A stretch of DNA of 63,877 nucleotides, counting the filler, from Folioceros fuciformis (Eukaryota), in NCBI GenBank assembly GCA_049999805.1. It is 8 parts of 8 records of this genome, joined end to end, with 100 filler letters (N's around TTAATTAATTAA, not from the genome) between each part and the next. Parts side by side here need not be neighbours in the genome. Positions count along the whole stretch, not along the records: positions 51,498 to 56,667 come from JBNGIO010001333.1; positions 56,768 to 59,936 come from JBNGIO010001334.1; positions 60,037 to 63,877 come from JBNGIO010001337.1; 5 more parts are not named here. The stretch is one strand, 5' to 3'. Under the pieces are notes generated by a model. The model was not told where the DNA came from, did no database searches, and was given only the letters and a program-made list of their open reading frames with translations. The translations under genes and the position numbers were made by a program. Every line of letters begins with the position of its first letter. Within the stretch, counting starts at the first letter, position 1. Of this stretch, positions 51,729 to 63,877 are shown piece by piece.

Positions 51729-52043
51729 CTCGGAGTAGACAGGTTCTCATCTTATGTTCGGAACAAAATGTTCATTTCCATTTGTTTGACATGCACTTTA
51801 GTAGCAATGAGTAAAGTGTGGGGGGACTTTATTATACAGCAGCCTCTGCGTTCTCAACAAGGGAGTTACCGTGGGCTGTGCGCCTCGTTACATACGGTGT
51901 CAAACATGCAGTAGGTATACAGTTGAGTGTATCAGACGAAAGAAAGAATAGGATCTTCACCATACAGCAGCCTCTGCTAGAAACGCAAACAAAATTGCAG
52001 TAGGTAGTGAAGGACTTTGATTTGAAGTGCAACCATGGTCAAT

Positions 52044-55000
52044 TCACGATCCGGTCCAACTGGACCCGGACTCCAATGCCTGCAGTCTCTGCTTCAACTC
52101 AAAAACCTCAACCTGCACCCAAGATTTGGCTTCAAGATTTGGATTCAACACACCCACCAAGCACAATGCCACTCCTTGTGTGAATTATAAAAGATACCTG
52201 TAACTGGAACGCGCGGGAGCGCTCGCCTTCAAGCACTCCCCGTGTCGTTTGCAACTCCTGAATACCAGTTCAAGCAGTCAGTTAGCTACCACCAACTCCC
52301 ATCTAAACCTAGTCCTTGGTAAGGGTCTAACCTTCTGTGTCTCCTCCAACATGGCCTTCAAGAAAGCAACATCATGTTCCAGCCGAAGGTTCTCTTGATG
52401 CACGATGTTCGCTAAGCTGTTTGACTCCTCTTGGGCCCTCTCCGCTTGTTTCACGCTTGCCAGCAACTCTTGCTGCTCCTTCAAGGCTGCAGCAAGTCTG
52501 TCCTCTGCTTTCTCCTTAGCTCTGACAGCCCTCTTGAGACCTTTTTCTACCTCATCTCGCCCCTTGGATACCGCTGCAAACTGTCCTTCAGTTATGGCAT
52601 TCTTCTGAAGGGCGGCTGCAAGCTTTCTCTCGTAGCTTTGCTTCAGCTTTCGGATTGCATCCTCCCGTCTTTCTGCATCAGGATGACGAAGGTCCTCGTC
52701 CACATCCAGCTCCAGCTCCAGGTCCAGCTCCTCGTTCACCTTCAGGCTACCTTGCTGCTCAAACGCATGCTTCGAGGACCATCCAGTGCCGAGAATACTA
52801 GCCAGAGCGGAAGATATTTCTGGGCCTCTTTGCTGAGCGAGTGCACTACTGTCGTTTGTCTCACTTGTCACTCGAGGCCACAAAGCCTGTGTGATTTTTG
52901 AAGGGGACGAAGTAGGCTTGGACGAATTTCTCCAGCTTCCTTGCTCGACACTTGACTCCCCTTTCGATGGTGACTCATGCCTCGGAGAATGAGATTCCCC
53001 CGACCCAAAACTTTCTTCACTGAGTGAAAGTACCTGGCAGACACACCGGTCACTCTGTACTTCTGTCTGCAGAATGCGCGGCACCGAAACTGAAAAGAGC
53101 CAAGAGGAGATTGGCTTACCTCTCGCGAAGCGTATTCAGACGCACGCCTTTCTCGCAGAAGCTGGGACTCCAACGTTGACACGCTGTCCGCAGCATCAGC
53201 CAATGAGTTTTGTACCTGAGCAAATCTCTTCCGTAGAGGTGCGAGAGCCGAGTCTGCAACTGGGCTATAAGAAGCTGTCTCTTCTCCAGGCGACGCTCGG
53301 CCCTGTTCAGAAGCGTGCAACACACTCGGTTCTGCCACGCTCACACAGGCACACGAAATTCCAGAGGCTGGAAGTGGGGCAAAGGATGGTGACTGGTTGC
53401 GTGAACGGGTATTCTCTGGCGTTGAACCCGTGGAAGTTTGTTCAAGCATGCGTGGAGGGGTCCTGATTACGGAGTTGTCACTCGGTGGAATGAATAAGAC
53501 TTGCACCTGATGATGGAAGTTCAACATCTCGTTAAGAGTTCAGACCACCACACCATCAAACCACAGAACCCAGACATGACGTAGCAAACACAAGGATCAG
53601 TACCTCCGATGAAACTTCCGAGCCTCTTCCACCAAAAGCCACGAGAAATGTCCTATCCCTGCGCTGAACCGTCTGGAGACTCAAACCCTGCCAAATCGCA
53701 AATAGAGCTGAGCTCTAAACGTGAACTTTTAAAATCAAGTCCCGTTGCTTGTTGACGACTCAAATCACGACGCTCACTTGATTGCCAACCACTGAACCAA
53801 CTTTTGAGGTCGGAATTACAGACCAAGCTGTCTGCAGTAAATCCAAGAGCAAGGTTTGCGCTTGTCCTGCCAAAGACTTGTTTCAATCCACTATCATGAT
53901 CACAGAAGCTGAGCATGCTTTGAGTGCTGACAAGTTACCAGAATTATCGCCTCCGGTGATGTACCATTTGTCACCAATTAAGACACTGGCATGGCCAGCA
54001 CGGGGACCTGGTGTGAACCCTTTAGTCTTCAGCCGAGACCACTCCATCTGCACGTATCCGTTAGCATGTCAGTTATCAAATACAGGGCCAATCATAGTCA
54101 AGCGATGGACAAGCTCAACACAAAACGGGGTGCACTGAGAACATACAGATTCCAAATCCAGGGAGAAGGTGTCATTAAGGTTCTTGTGTTTGGATGCTCC
54201 TCCAAAGATCATCAAAAACCGATCTTGGTACATGGAAGCTGTGTGCCTAGCACGTGGGACTGGAGCAGTACCTCTAGAAAAGGTGTATCACATGCAAGAT
54301 GTCAACATAGGAAGACAAAAAAAGAGGAAACAACGAACAGCAAACATGGTTGCTCTTACGATGTTTGAAGGGGGAGCCACATAAGTTGCTTCATATCGAG
54401 GATGTGTAGGTCATTAAGCTTCCGACCCTTAGCATCTTCCCCACCAAACAATACAAGGATAGATCCTGCCCGGGTAACACTTTGGCCACTCCGAGCCACC
54501 TATACAGCAGGCAACAAATTAATCCGCAACTGGTCGCAATGTAGCTGTAGGAAGGACGACTCTTAACTATGCCACGAAAGCAGGAGAGTTGGAGACCTAC
54601 AGGTATTTCACCCTTTGTCGCAACTATACTCCAGCTCTCAGCTTCGATGTCAAATGACCACACTGTAGGAGTACATAGACAAGATTGTGAAGCTCTGAGG
54701 AAAGGAGAGGAAAGCCAAAGAAAGAAAGCCCTAAGCATGCAGCCATACGTGTGGTACGAATTAGATGAGCACACGGGGAGGAAAGTTTTCCGGACCTTCC
54801 ACCCTGTCATTTGGAGAATTCATCTCCCCAGCAATCAGCAGTACATTTTTGCCCCAAGGAACCTGAGACATTAATCGGTCAAACAACTAGGGTGAGAATC
54901 TCTGTCATATATAGGACATCATTGCTTGCATTTAAGCGTAAATTCATCGCAGGGACATACTAGGCTGTGACCCTTGCACGGAGGAAGCTGCTGAACAGAT

Positions 55001-56285
55001 CCCGGCTTTGTGTACAGTTCCCCAGTATCTGTTGCTGATCCAGGTCCAAGTTCAGTCCAGGTCAGCTTCCCGAGATGTAACATCTGCAGAGAACATGGGG
55101 TTTCGTCAGGGAAAAGTCAGCGCAATAGGAAGCTCGTGTCGATTAGATATGCCCAAACAAATAACAGGAAACAGAAAAGAAAAGGTATATCAGAAAATTG
55201 AAGGGGAATGAATGCAAAGGTCTAACCTGCACATCGTTTAATTTTCTACGGCCTGTATCGCCTCCAACCACCAGCATTTTCCGACCAACAACAGCTGCTG
55301 CATGCTGACAGGTGATGGAAGAACTTTGTCAGCTCTTGGAGATCAAAGATCATGAAAGCCTCTACAGCAGGACCCTAAACCCGAGGCGACCTCAATCCAA
55401 AATGCACTGGGGAAGGCATACATAGAAGCGAGGCTCTGGTCCTTTGCCCTTAGGGAGAATCGTATTCCAATCCAAGATGCTATTGGCGTCATCAAGCCTG
55501 TCGTCTGATGGACGAAGGCCCGCCTCGCCCATTTTTCTGTCAGTTCCACGAGTTGTAGTCGAAGCAACTGCTTCTTCCTGAAACATAATATGAGGGCAAT
55601 CTTGTGACCACCAAGCTCGATGTAACTGATAGAGCTTCCGTTCTCAGAAGATGACAAATCCCCACTTCCTGTATCTAAACACTTGTCGACTCACTCATGA
55701 CACTAGGACAGAGACCTTGCCTCAAGAAAACGGCTGACAGTCACAAGTCACACAAGCTTCAGACTGTTGCAAGGCCGCAATGTTTCCAGCCCGCCACTGC
55801 TGGCAAGCGTAGACGAAACCTTTGAAGTGCGAAGTACGTATCAGCTGAGGGACAGATTCAATCAGTAATCTATAACTGCTAACCCAACCAAAGCTGAACA
55901 GCAAGGAAGAAATCGGACATTAGGAGAAGCCAGCGGTACTGCTGCAACAATAGTACAGTCAAGAGGCAAGACACCTTCGAGACACTACATTGCCCAAACA
56001 AACCCTCTATCGTTGCATAGCAATCAACCCTGTACCTCCCTCAGACTTCCGGAACCGGGAACCCCCTGCAAAACGAGTACACACAACCCCAACCAATCTG
56101 ACCGTCCAACCCACTAGCATGCACAGCACCCCACTTCTCGACGGAGACAACCACACACGGCCAGGAACGCATGATAAAACTCCATACCATACCTTGCTTA
56201 CCCCCGATCTGTCAAAAAGCCTGAAATTCAAGAACCTTCCACTCGGCTTCTGGTCTTTTCGACTAAGACGTGGCCCCTCCGCCAT
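52044..56285 (-). CDS. Kelch-repeat protein with C-terminal coiled coil (ACBP4/5-like Kelch family, no acyl-CoA-binding domain seen; multi-exon)
   Basis: Exons: GKGPEPRFY|HAAAVVGRKMLVVGGD, VWSFDIEAESWS, VARSGQSV...LFGGEDAKGRKLND, PRARHTA, PGPRAGHASVLIGDKWYITGGDN, FLVAFGG, coiled coil ...NIVHQENLRLEHDVAFLKAMLEETQK|ELQTTRGVLEGERSRAFQLQ|VEVFELKQRLQ*. Confidence 0.88.
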
Positions 56286-59200
56286 CAGGAGAACAGGTAA
56301 GAATCATAGAAACCGACCGGGCTCGGACTGGATGGTGCGTTGCCCAAACAAGCAGGGCTCCCAGAACCCCAGAAAAACCCAATGCTCGAACGCTCTGACC
56401 ATTCCCCACGGACTCGAAAACCTCCAGACTGAGACACAACGGCTACCCGCTCAATCCCCCGCCTTGCGCGCCAAACTTCCAATTCTCGCAACCTGGTGCT
56501 TCACCCTGCGCTCCGCCTCCCAACGACCCACAAACGCATTTGCCCCAGCTCGCGCCTCACAGCCACAGCATTCACCACTACGGGCCGCCCAATTGCAGCT
56601 CCGACTCTTCTCAAGGCAAAGCGATTACCGCCCAACTGAAGCTCCAGCTCCCTTCCAACTCATTGAANNNNNNNNNNNNNNNNNNNNNNNNNNNNNNNNN
56701 NNNNNNNNNNNTTAATTAATTAANNNNNNNNNNNNNNNNNNNNNNNNNNNNNNNNNNNNNNNNNNNNGAGAGGGAGAGGGGAGTGTTGGAGAGCAGGGCG
56801 AGGGTGAGGAAAGGCGAGAGAGAGAGAGAGAGCTCAGGGCGCGGAGGGCAGGGAAGAGCCAAAAGAGCAGGGCGGTTGCGGGAGCTGGCGGTTGCGTGGT
56901 TGAGAATGGGCGGAGCAACGGCCAGAGGATAGTCAGTCAGAATCGAATCGGCGTGGCAGCACAAGCACAGAGCCTTTTCCCAGGTTGCCTTGATAACGCG
57001 CCGCTCCAGTCGCAACTTGTCGGCGCGCCACTAGAATGCATTGGGGCGCGGGCCTGGCACTTATCGCGGCCACTCGTCGCAAACCCGTCGCTGGCTATTA
57101 TGGGAGGGCCGTGCTTGCTGCCATCGTCATTGTTTTTGCGACATGGGCAATTAACTCAAGGCTGCGCACCGCCGCCGTGGCTGCACCCTCCGATGCAGCT
57201 GGAGCACGCAGGCGGTCGCGGTCTGGATGCTGCCTCACCGCGTAGACCGACATATTGGACAGCAGCTGGTAGCTACCGGACACTGCCCACTGCCTTGCTG
57301 CGAGGTAGACAGGCAGCGGCGCCGACTGGAATTTCCCTTGCCATGTTTGCGCGGCGCGCGCGCACCCCCCTTGTTGGCCGTCGCATGCTTTTGGTCCGCA
57401 ACCGACCCGCTTGCAGCACCCACGCCTACAGCGATCTGACCTTGGATCGCCCAGCACACGAAAATGCCCTGCTGCACGCACACACGCACGCACGCTCACT
57501 CCCTGCTTCGTCTTCGTGCGGCTTCTCCCGCTGATGTGCTGTGCTGTGCTGCACTTCTGTCCTCAGCTGTCGCTAACCTGCAGCTGCACATCTTCTCTCG
57601 CTGCATGGCCTCTCCGCCGCCCTTCGCCTCTCCAGACGGCCTGATGCTCCATCCACAACTAGCAGCGCCCCTCGCCCAATCAGCACGCGCCCTCCGCTGC
57701 TCCACGCGTCTGACGTAGAGGTTCGCCTAGCCACCGCTCAGACGCTTCTCAACGCTATCCGTGCTACCGCTGTCATCCATGGCCTTGGTTGCAATCCCAA
57801 CGGTAGCTGGAAAATCCTCCAAAAAGGGGTTGGCTGGTGCCCGAGATAGACTCCGGAATAAGCCCACATTCATTTCGAAACCTGGTCCTGTACCTGGTCG
57901 ATCCAGCTTTTCCGGCAAAGTCTGCCAAGACAGCGATCGCTCGTCGATGCCTTCGCTCCTCGCCCGCCTGGTACCTGTACGCGGGACCGTCGTGGTTGGT
58001 AGTCACTCTGGCGGCGTTTGAGTTGGCACCATCGCTGCACAAACGGCGGTCCGTCAATCGTCGCGGGGCCACTTCCAACAAATCCAACGTCGATATCGAT
58101 GCTGGCTGGCGAGATTACACAATCGCCCTCGGTGCCGCATCTCCCCCTCGGCTTCATCTATACGCACGCCAGAAATCAAGGCACAGCGTCGTCACAAAGT
58201 TTGGGATTGATAAGTATCGATTGCAACGAGCCAGAGCCACTGCTACTATCGATTGTCACGGCCTAATCGTCATTTGTCCCATCCCTTCCTGATTGCGGTG
58301 ATCCCGAATCTCCCCTATGCAGTCAGAATCGCTTTGTGCTCAAGCAGGAAATCATGCCAAGACCTGCGCCGCCAGCTTCCGCAAGCTTGCTTGCCCCGTC
58401 GTTCGCCTTCGCCGTGGGGCCCAGAAAATGGCTCTGCACATACAACTAGCTCTGCACATTTGTGCCTTCTCTTCATGCGTTGAGTTGTGCGCGTCTTCGT
58501 TTTGCAAGCGAGTGGCTTGGTGGTGCGCCATCGACTCCAGACCCACACCAATCGAGATCTTGTTTATGCCCTGTCGCACCTTGTTCATGGACCGCCTGCT
58601 TCTGCTGTCGCCTGAAATGCCCGCTCCAGCAAACCTACAAATGGCCAGGTCCCGCGACACATGCGCCAGATTCAATCTGTCTGATCCTGCATGTCACATG
58701 CTCGTTCATTCATGCTATGCGAGTCCGCAAAGAATTACTTGAGACCTGCTAAAGTTTCGAACAAGAATCATCCCTGCCTACCAGTCTTTTGCACCACAAT
58801 GCGAACGCCTCTCTAGCGTCCACAAGGATCCGCCAGGCCGAACATGAGATTGCGCTTTTTCAAGGACAAGTCGTCCGGCTCTGCTGGTGAGTGACGGCTG
58901 TTCAGGCTCCAACCACGCAATGAAATTGGATCGTACACGCTCCGCCCGACTCTTTATCCACGCCCGGACTAAAAAGGGACAACATGCTTTTTCATGTGCT
59001 CTGAGGCTCTGGCAGATCTCATTATGGCGTGCCGTTTGATAAAAGATGATATATAGCCCTGGGATCAGCACGTCAGTCATTCCAATAAAGTTCCTCGGAG
59101 GTCACGGTCCGCCAGTCAAACCTCGGGGCTCTGGTAGAATTGGATCGGATGTGATGGGAAAGGGGGAATTTGCGATATCCGAAGATTTCTTCGTCGACAT

Positions 59201-60527
59201 CCGTATTAACAATTCGATTTTTTATGGTAATTATGCTTTGGGAAGCGAGTAATATGATCTACTGTGATCCTACCACCCTACCGATATAGCATCACTGCTC
59301 CACGGAGCACCAGTCGCCTTCGCTCCATGCTCCACAGAAGCACACACTGGACTGAGCCTGCCACGTCACTTGAATTAAACAAACAGAATCATCATGAAAG
59401 CCAATTGTCCAACCACGACTCCGCCACCACCATATGACACTCACAAAAGGCTTAAGCCCGCCAGCGCATGTCTTGAAGTTCTCGAACCTAACTAGACCCC
59501 AAGCAGCCCTCGCACCTCGTGCACGCAGAAAAGGCTGAACGCCAGACCCACTCAGGTGAGCCTTGCTTTCCTTGTTCCTGACAAGTGGCGCGCCCCCCTG
59601 CGGCTCGGCAACTGACTGGCTTGCCGAGCACGAGTGGGCTTGCCGCCGTCGATCAGACATCATCGTTGCAAGCTACTACGCTCCGCACATGCCCTCTTGA
59701 CCGCCTGCATGGGCTGACAGCCTGACGTGCCTGACGCACGCGCAAGCTCGCAGCTTATTGCGAAATTATGTTTCTGACCCTTCCTTCCTTCGAATCGGTC
59801 CCCCCATTAGACGGTCCGAATTCACAATCCTCCCAAAAGTCCAAGCTGACGCGTGTGTGTATGTGCTCTGGCGGCTTTTTGTTCCGCGAATTCGTCCACC
59901 TCCGAGTCGAGTCTGCCCGATTCCACGGGTGGTGGGNNNNNNNNNNNNNNNNNNNNNNNNNNNNNNNNNNNNNNNNNNNNTTAATTAATTAANNNNNNNN
60001 NNNNNNNNNNNNNNNNNNNNNNNNNNNNNNNNNNNNCTTCACCACACGCCAGAATTGCAACACGAAATGGACACGGCAGCCATCACCGGAGGGTAGGAGC
60101 AATGCATCTGCTCCAGAACAGATAGCCAGGAACACACAGCCTTCGTCTTCCAGCAGAGAACCAAGCCCGCACGAAATGCGAGCCATTTTAACGCCGCGGA
60201 AAACTCGGTTTTCAAGTTGGCGAAACACTCTCCCATTGGCTTCCACCTGCCATTAGATGCCAATCGGGGAAGCTGCACTTGAAGCATCCTTCCAGCCAAG
60301 GCTTGGCAGCGATATTTGTTGTGCCGCCGGCTATATTCGTGACCGCTCACGCATGAAGTGCCCATATACCTGGTGCTGGGACGCACGGAGCATGCCACAA
60401 ACGCAGTGTAAACACCACTGATAGCAATAACCCAGAATAGCGAACAGAAATTGATGGGCCTACTTTATGTGATTTTTTACCTTATACAAACCGAGGCATA
60501 TGTCTACGTATCATGGACCTCGCTATG

Positions 60528-60868
60528 TATGGAATATCGATATGTCAAGGGGTATGGAATATCGATATGTCAAGGGTATGGAATATCGATATGTCAAGGG
60601 GTCTTTCATAGAATGTTTTGCCCCTCCGTATATGGTCCAAACATATGGACGTCACAAACCTGCCTACATCTGTAGTCAGCCCCCATTTGGGTGTCCTGAT
60701 GGAAACAACCCAGCGTGTACTCCAAACATATGGACGTCACAAACCTGCCTACATCCGTAGTCACCAGCTATTTGAGTGTCCTCATGGAGACAACCCAGCG
60801 CGTACTCCAAACATATGAACGTCACAAATTTGCCTACATCGGTAGTCTGCCCCCATTTGGGTGTCCTA
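60528..60868. repeat. Adjacent tandem arrays: 24-25 bp x3 (60528-60600) and ~84 bp x~3 (60635-60868)
   Basis: TATGGAATATCGATATGTCAAGGG x3, and TCCAAACATATG(G/A)ACGTCACAAA(C/T)(C/T)TGCCTACATC x3. Confidence 0.9.
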
Positions 60869-61457
60869 AGCGTGTACTTAGGGTTTTCATAAGTTTTCAG
60901 TGGCTATCACATGTTTTTTTTCTTGACACGTCTTTGTCCCTCTCTCACATATAATGGTTTTTTTAAGGTTTATTAGTCCTAGCAAACTTGGCCGCGTTCA
61001 GTACCGAGGAAGAGTGCACGGAGATGTCCCTGACTACTCACTTTCATCTATCTCAACACCCCCGGCCCTTTATCGTGCTATGTGCACAGTTGAAGGGGAT
61101 GTCCCTTGCAACTTTTTTGTCCATCTCCATAACACACCGCGCTGAGGGTTTCAAGGTTGGAGTTCAAGGGGATGTTGTCATGCTGTGCCGCTAAACATCA
61201 CACTCATGCATGGTTCATTAGTTAACAATACTCACACCACACCACATTACACACACATTAAACATTGCATGATGATACTGTAAGCTTGTAAGAGTGAAGC
61301 GTTTGCTTGCTTCAGACACTACAAAATCTCCTCCACCTGCATCCACACTTCTTAGAGCTGTAACTTGGCTTTTCAAATCCTCGATCGGGTTACATGATCT
61401 TGCACACTGTGCACACGCATACCTCAACCGGATTTCCAACAAGAGAATGCTCCCTTA

Positions 61458-62032
61458 AGAGAAAGCCTATTCCCAAAAAGCAAGATAATACAAGCTTACA
61501 TCAAGAGAAAGCCTATTCCCAAAAAGCAAGAGAATACAAGCTTACATCAAGAGAAAGCCTATTCTCAAAAAGCAAGAGAATACAAGCTTACAACTGTAGC
61601 AGATATCGCTAAGCTAGGCTTTTATGCCTGCAACCTCAGACATACTGCAACCACATCCACACATCTACTTGTGTGTCTTTCTAGTTGACTTTATATTATA
61701 TTATATTATATTATATTATCTTCTCCACTAAATAATTATTAATTACTACTAATGTCATTTATTAGCATCACTTAATTATTAACTAATTACTATTTGCATG
61801 CATCTAAGCAACAGCACACAATCATGCTTGATAATGGCCCTTGTGCATTCCCGTGTATTGCCATACAACTGACTACAATCGGATCTCTCTTACAGCACGT
61901 TCTCCTCACACGTCCACACCTTCAACGTTTCGTCCATACAACCACCATCATTCCACCTAAAAGGCAAAGCCACGTCCACACCTTCAACGTTTCGTCTATA
62001 CAACCACCATCATTCCACCTAAAAGGCAAAGC
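61458..62032. repeat. Tandem repeats: ~46 bp x3 (61458-61592), (TTATA)n (~61690-61719), ~63 bp x2 (61912-62032)
   Basis: AAGAGAAAGCCTATTC.CAAAAAGCAAGA..ATA.CAAGCTTACA x3, and CACCTTCAACGTTTCGTC.ATACAACCACCATCATTCCACCTAAAAGGCAAAGCCA x2. Confidence 0.88.
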
Positions 62033-63500
62033 CATAGTGTATTGTAGAATGAAATCCCCATCTTTATTCCAAAGCCCATGGCTGCAAGCCAAATGTATAT
62101 AATGTTGCAGCCAAAATTGTCCATGCCCTTTACCCACTAGATAGACACCTCACTCCTATAGAGAGTGAAGGAGGAAAATGCCCCTGCACGCTTATGGAGT
62201 GGCCTCCTGCTCCGTCCAAGGTTGTAGGTAGGCCTCCAAGGGCTTTAGTCTACTCTTGCACTTCCTACACAACGTTGTCAAGACCTGGTGCAAGCTGTAC
62301 ATATTGGGGAGGTAGTCCATACCCTCCAAGCCTTTGACATACATGTTGTCGCGGGCAATCTGTAGTGCTTGCACAAACAAGGCCACAAGTGGTCCGTGTT
62401 ATCATCATCACCACCTACAATCAGCACACCATACACTCGTAGACCTACGATGTGCAGACAACTGCAAGCTGCATTCCCAAATGCAACCACACTTTCTTAC
62501 ATAGCCATCCACAACAACAACCTATACACACAATAGAGCTGCAATTAATGTTGTGGCTTGTTCCATGTGCTATTCTCAAGTTGTTATTTGCAGAGAATTA
62601 TAAGAGTAGCATAAAGCTGCAGTAGGATTGGAATGCACGCTGTGAAAATGAATCCCTTTGTCTCCTTCTTTCTCTTAGGAGCCTCTACCCCCTTCTTCTT
62701 CCTCCTCTTCTTGGAATCCTTGTCCTCCGAGGACTCCTCTTTTATGTTGTCCTCCTTTGAAAATCATGAACTCCTCGATGCTGAACCTTTTGCAAAATCA
62801 CTCTCCTCGGAAGAGTCTTTATCCGAGGAGGAGGAATCCTTCTTCTTCTTCCCTATCCTAGGCTTCCCCTTCTTCTAATCCTTTTCTTTCACCTTCTCCC
62901 TCTCCTTCTTGGGTTGTCTCTTGCTTCAAGGGTGGGATTCTTCATAGGTGAGGGCTGCCTTGATGGCCTTATCCACATTTTTCTCCGCAAACAGCTTCAC
63001 ATGGCCTTTCATCTTGGACCCTAGGCCACCAGCAAACCATCGGATAGCTTGCAAGTTAGAATGGGGCTAATAGTGGTCTCGCAGGCTATGGAACCCCTCT
63101 ACACAGGCCTGTGGGTTTCTTTCCTTTTCCTCCTTAAAGATTCCAACTTAGACAACACATAGCCCTCCACATCTATCCCCCTAAACCTCTCTCAATAGTT
63201 GAGCCATGTTTGTAGTAGTGCTTCGACGATGAGCCATAAAAAGAGCGAACAAGACGGATGAAACTTACCAATTGAGCTCCTTCACTCTTGAGCTTCAAAA
63301 AGATGGCAACCTTGGAGACGATGTTGAAAGCATTGGAGACGATTATTGGCAGACTCCTCCTTCAAGGATAGAGGTGTATCTACTTTACTTGCCACAAAAG
63401 GCAAATGTCTTATGTGGCCTATATTTGCTCATAGTAGTGTGTTCAAGCTCGATGTGGAGGTGACCCTCTAAACCAAAGAATAACCAAGAGGCCCACATAA
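62030..63500 (-). pseudogene. Decayed coding relic, possibly transposon-borne, with a Lys/Ser/Glu-rich tract and PHD-finger-like Cys/His fragments
   Basis: Stop-interrupted minus-strand pieces: KKGKPRIGKKKKDSSSSDKDSSEESD..., NAACSCLH...YGV...DHLWPC, ALQIARDNMYVKGLEGMDYL...LCRKCK, HYIHLACSHGL. Confidence 0.35.
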
Positions 63501-63877
63501 ATCCTCTTATCGTTGTAGTCTTGAGATCCCTTCCTAAGGGAGTGATCTCGTGCTAAGGCAGTCAATTTAAGCTATCCTAATGTGCTAACCTGATCCTACC
63601 TATCAACCCTTACCTAGCCCTAACAATAGCTACAGGTCTAACCCCATAACTTTATTCCTAGTGCATGCATAAGCTATCTCAGCAACTGAAAAAGTACTCC
63701 TAGGCTCACAGTTCCAACTTTGCAACTTCACCTTCTCTCTTCAACAACCTGAAATTTGCTACAGAATCCTGAACTTTCAGACCCTTGGATTCTACGCACA
63801 CCTTACCCCAAGGAATAACCTAGTTGTTCACCTCTCGCACACAACCACTACCTAGATCTTGACTGACTTACCTGTCT

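Noticed and set aside
52113..52197. Intron donor GTATCTTT resembling a U12-type 5' splice site in the Kelch gene
   Set aside because: It deviates from GTATCCTT and no TCCTTAAC-like branch point is present.

Overview
This is eukaryotic land-plant nuclear DNA with short (~70-120 nt) GT/GC-AG introns, compact gene spacing and no prokaryotic features. The WW-type PPR tail points to a hornwort or a related seed-free plant (inference). The window is eight unrelated contigs joined by artificial 100-nt N/TTAATTAATTAA/N linkers. Recognisable genes: EFR3/SRL2-like ARM protein, PLS-class PPR editing factor with a truncated WW-type tail, stand-alone SPT16 N-terminal domain, RanBPM-like protein, SQD1, ribosomal protein P2, divergent V-ATPase subunit H, P-class PPR, a conserved membrane protein, a malectin-LRR receptor kinase head-to-head with an ectodomain-less kinase paralog, an acidic extensin, a CCCH-plus-Pumilio protein and a Kelch/coiled-coil protein. 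There is also a decayed CRE-like retrotransposon, a decayed PHD-like relic and many tandem repeats. I cannot demonstrate a wholly new system. The best leads are the deaminase-less WW-type PPR, the solo SPT16-N gene, the CCCH-PUF fusion, the divergent kinase pair and a possible non-AUG start for RanBPM. Multi-exon genes are given as genomic spans, and family calls come from motif recognition, not database searches.
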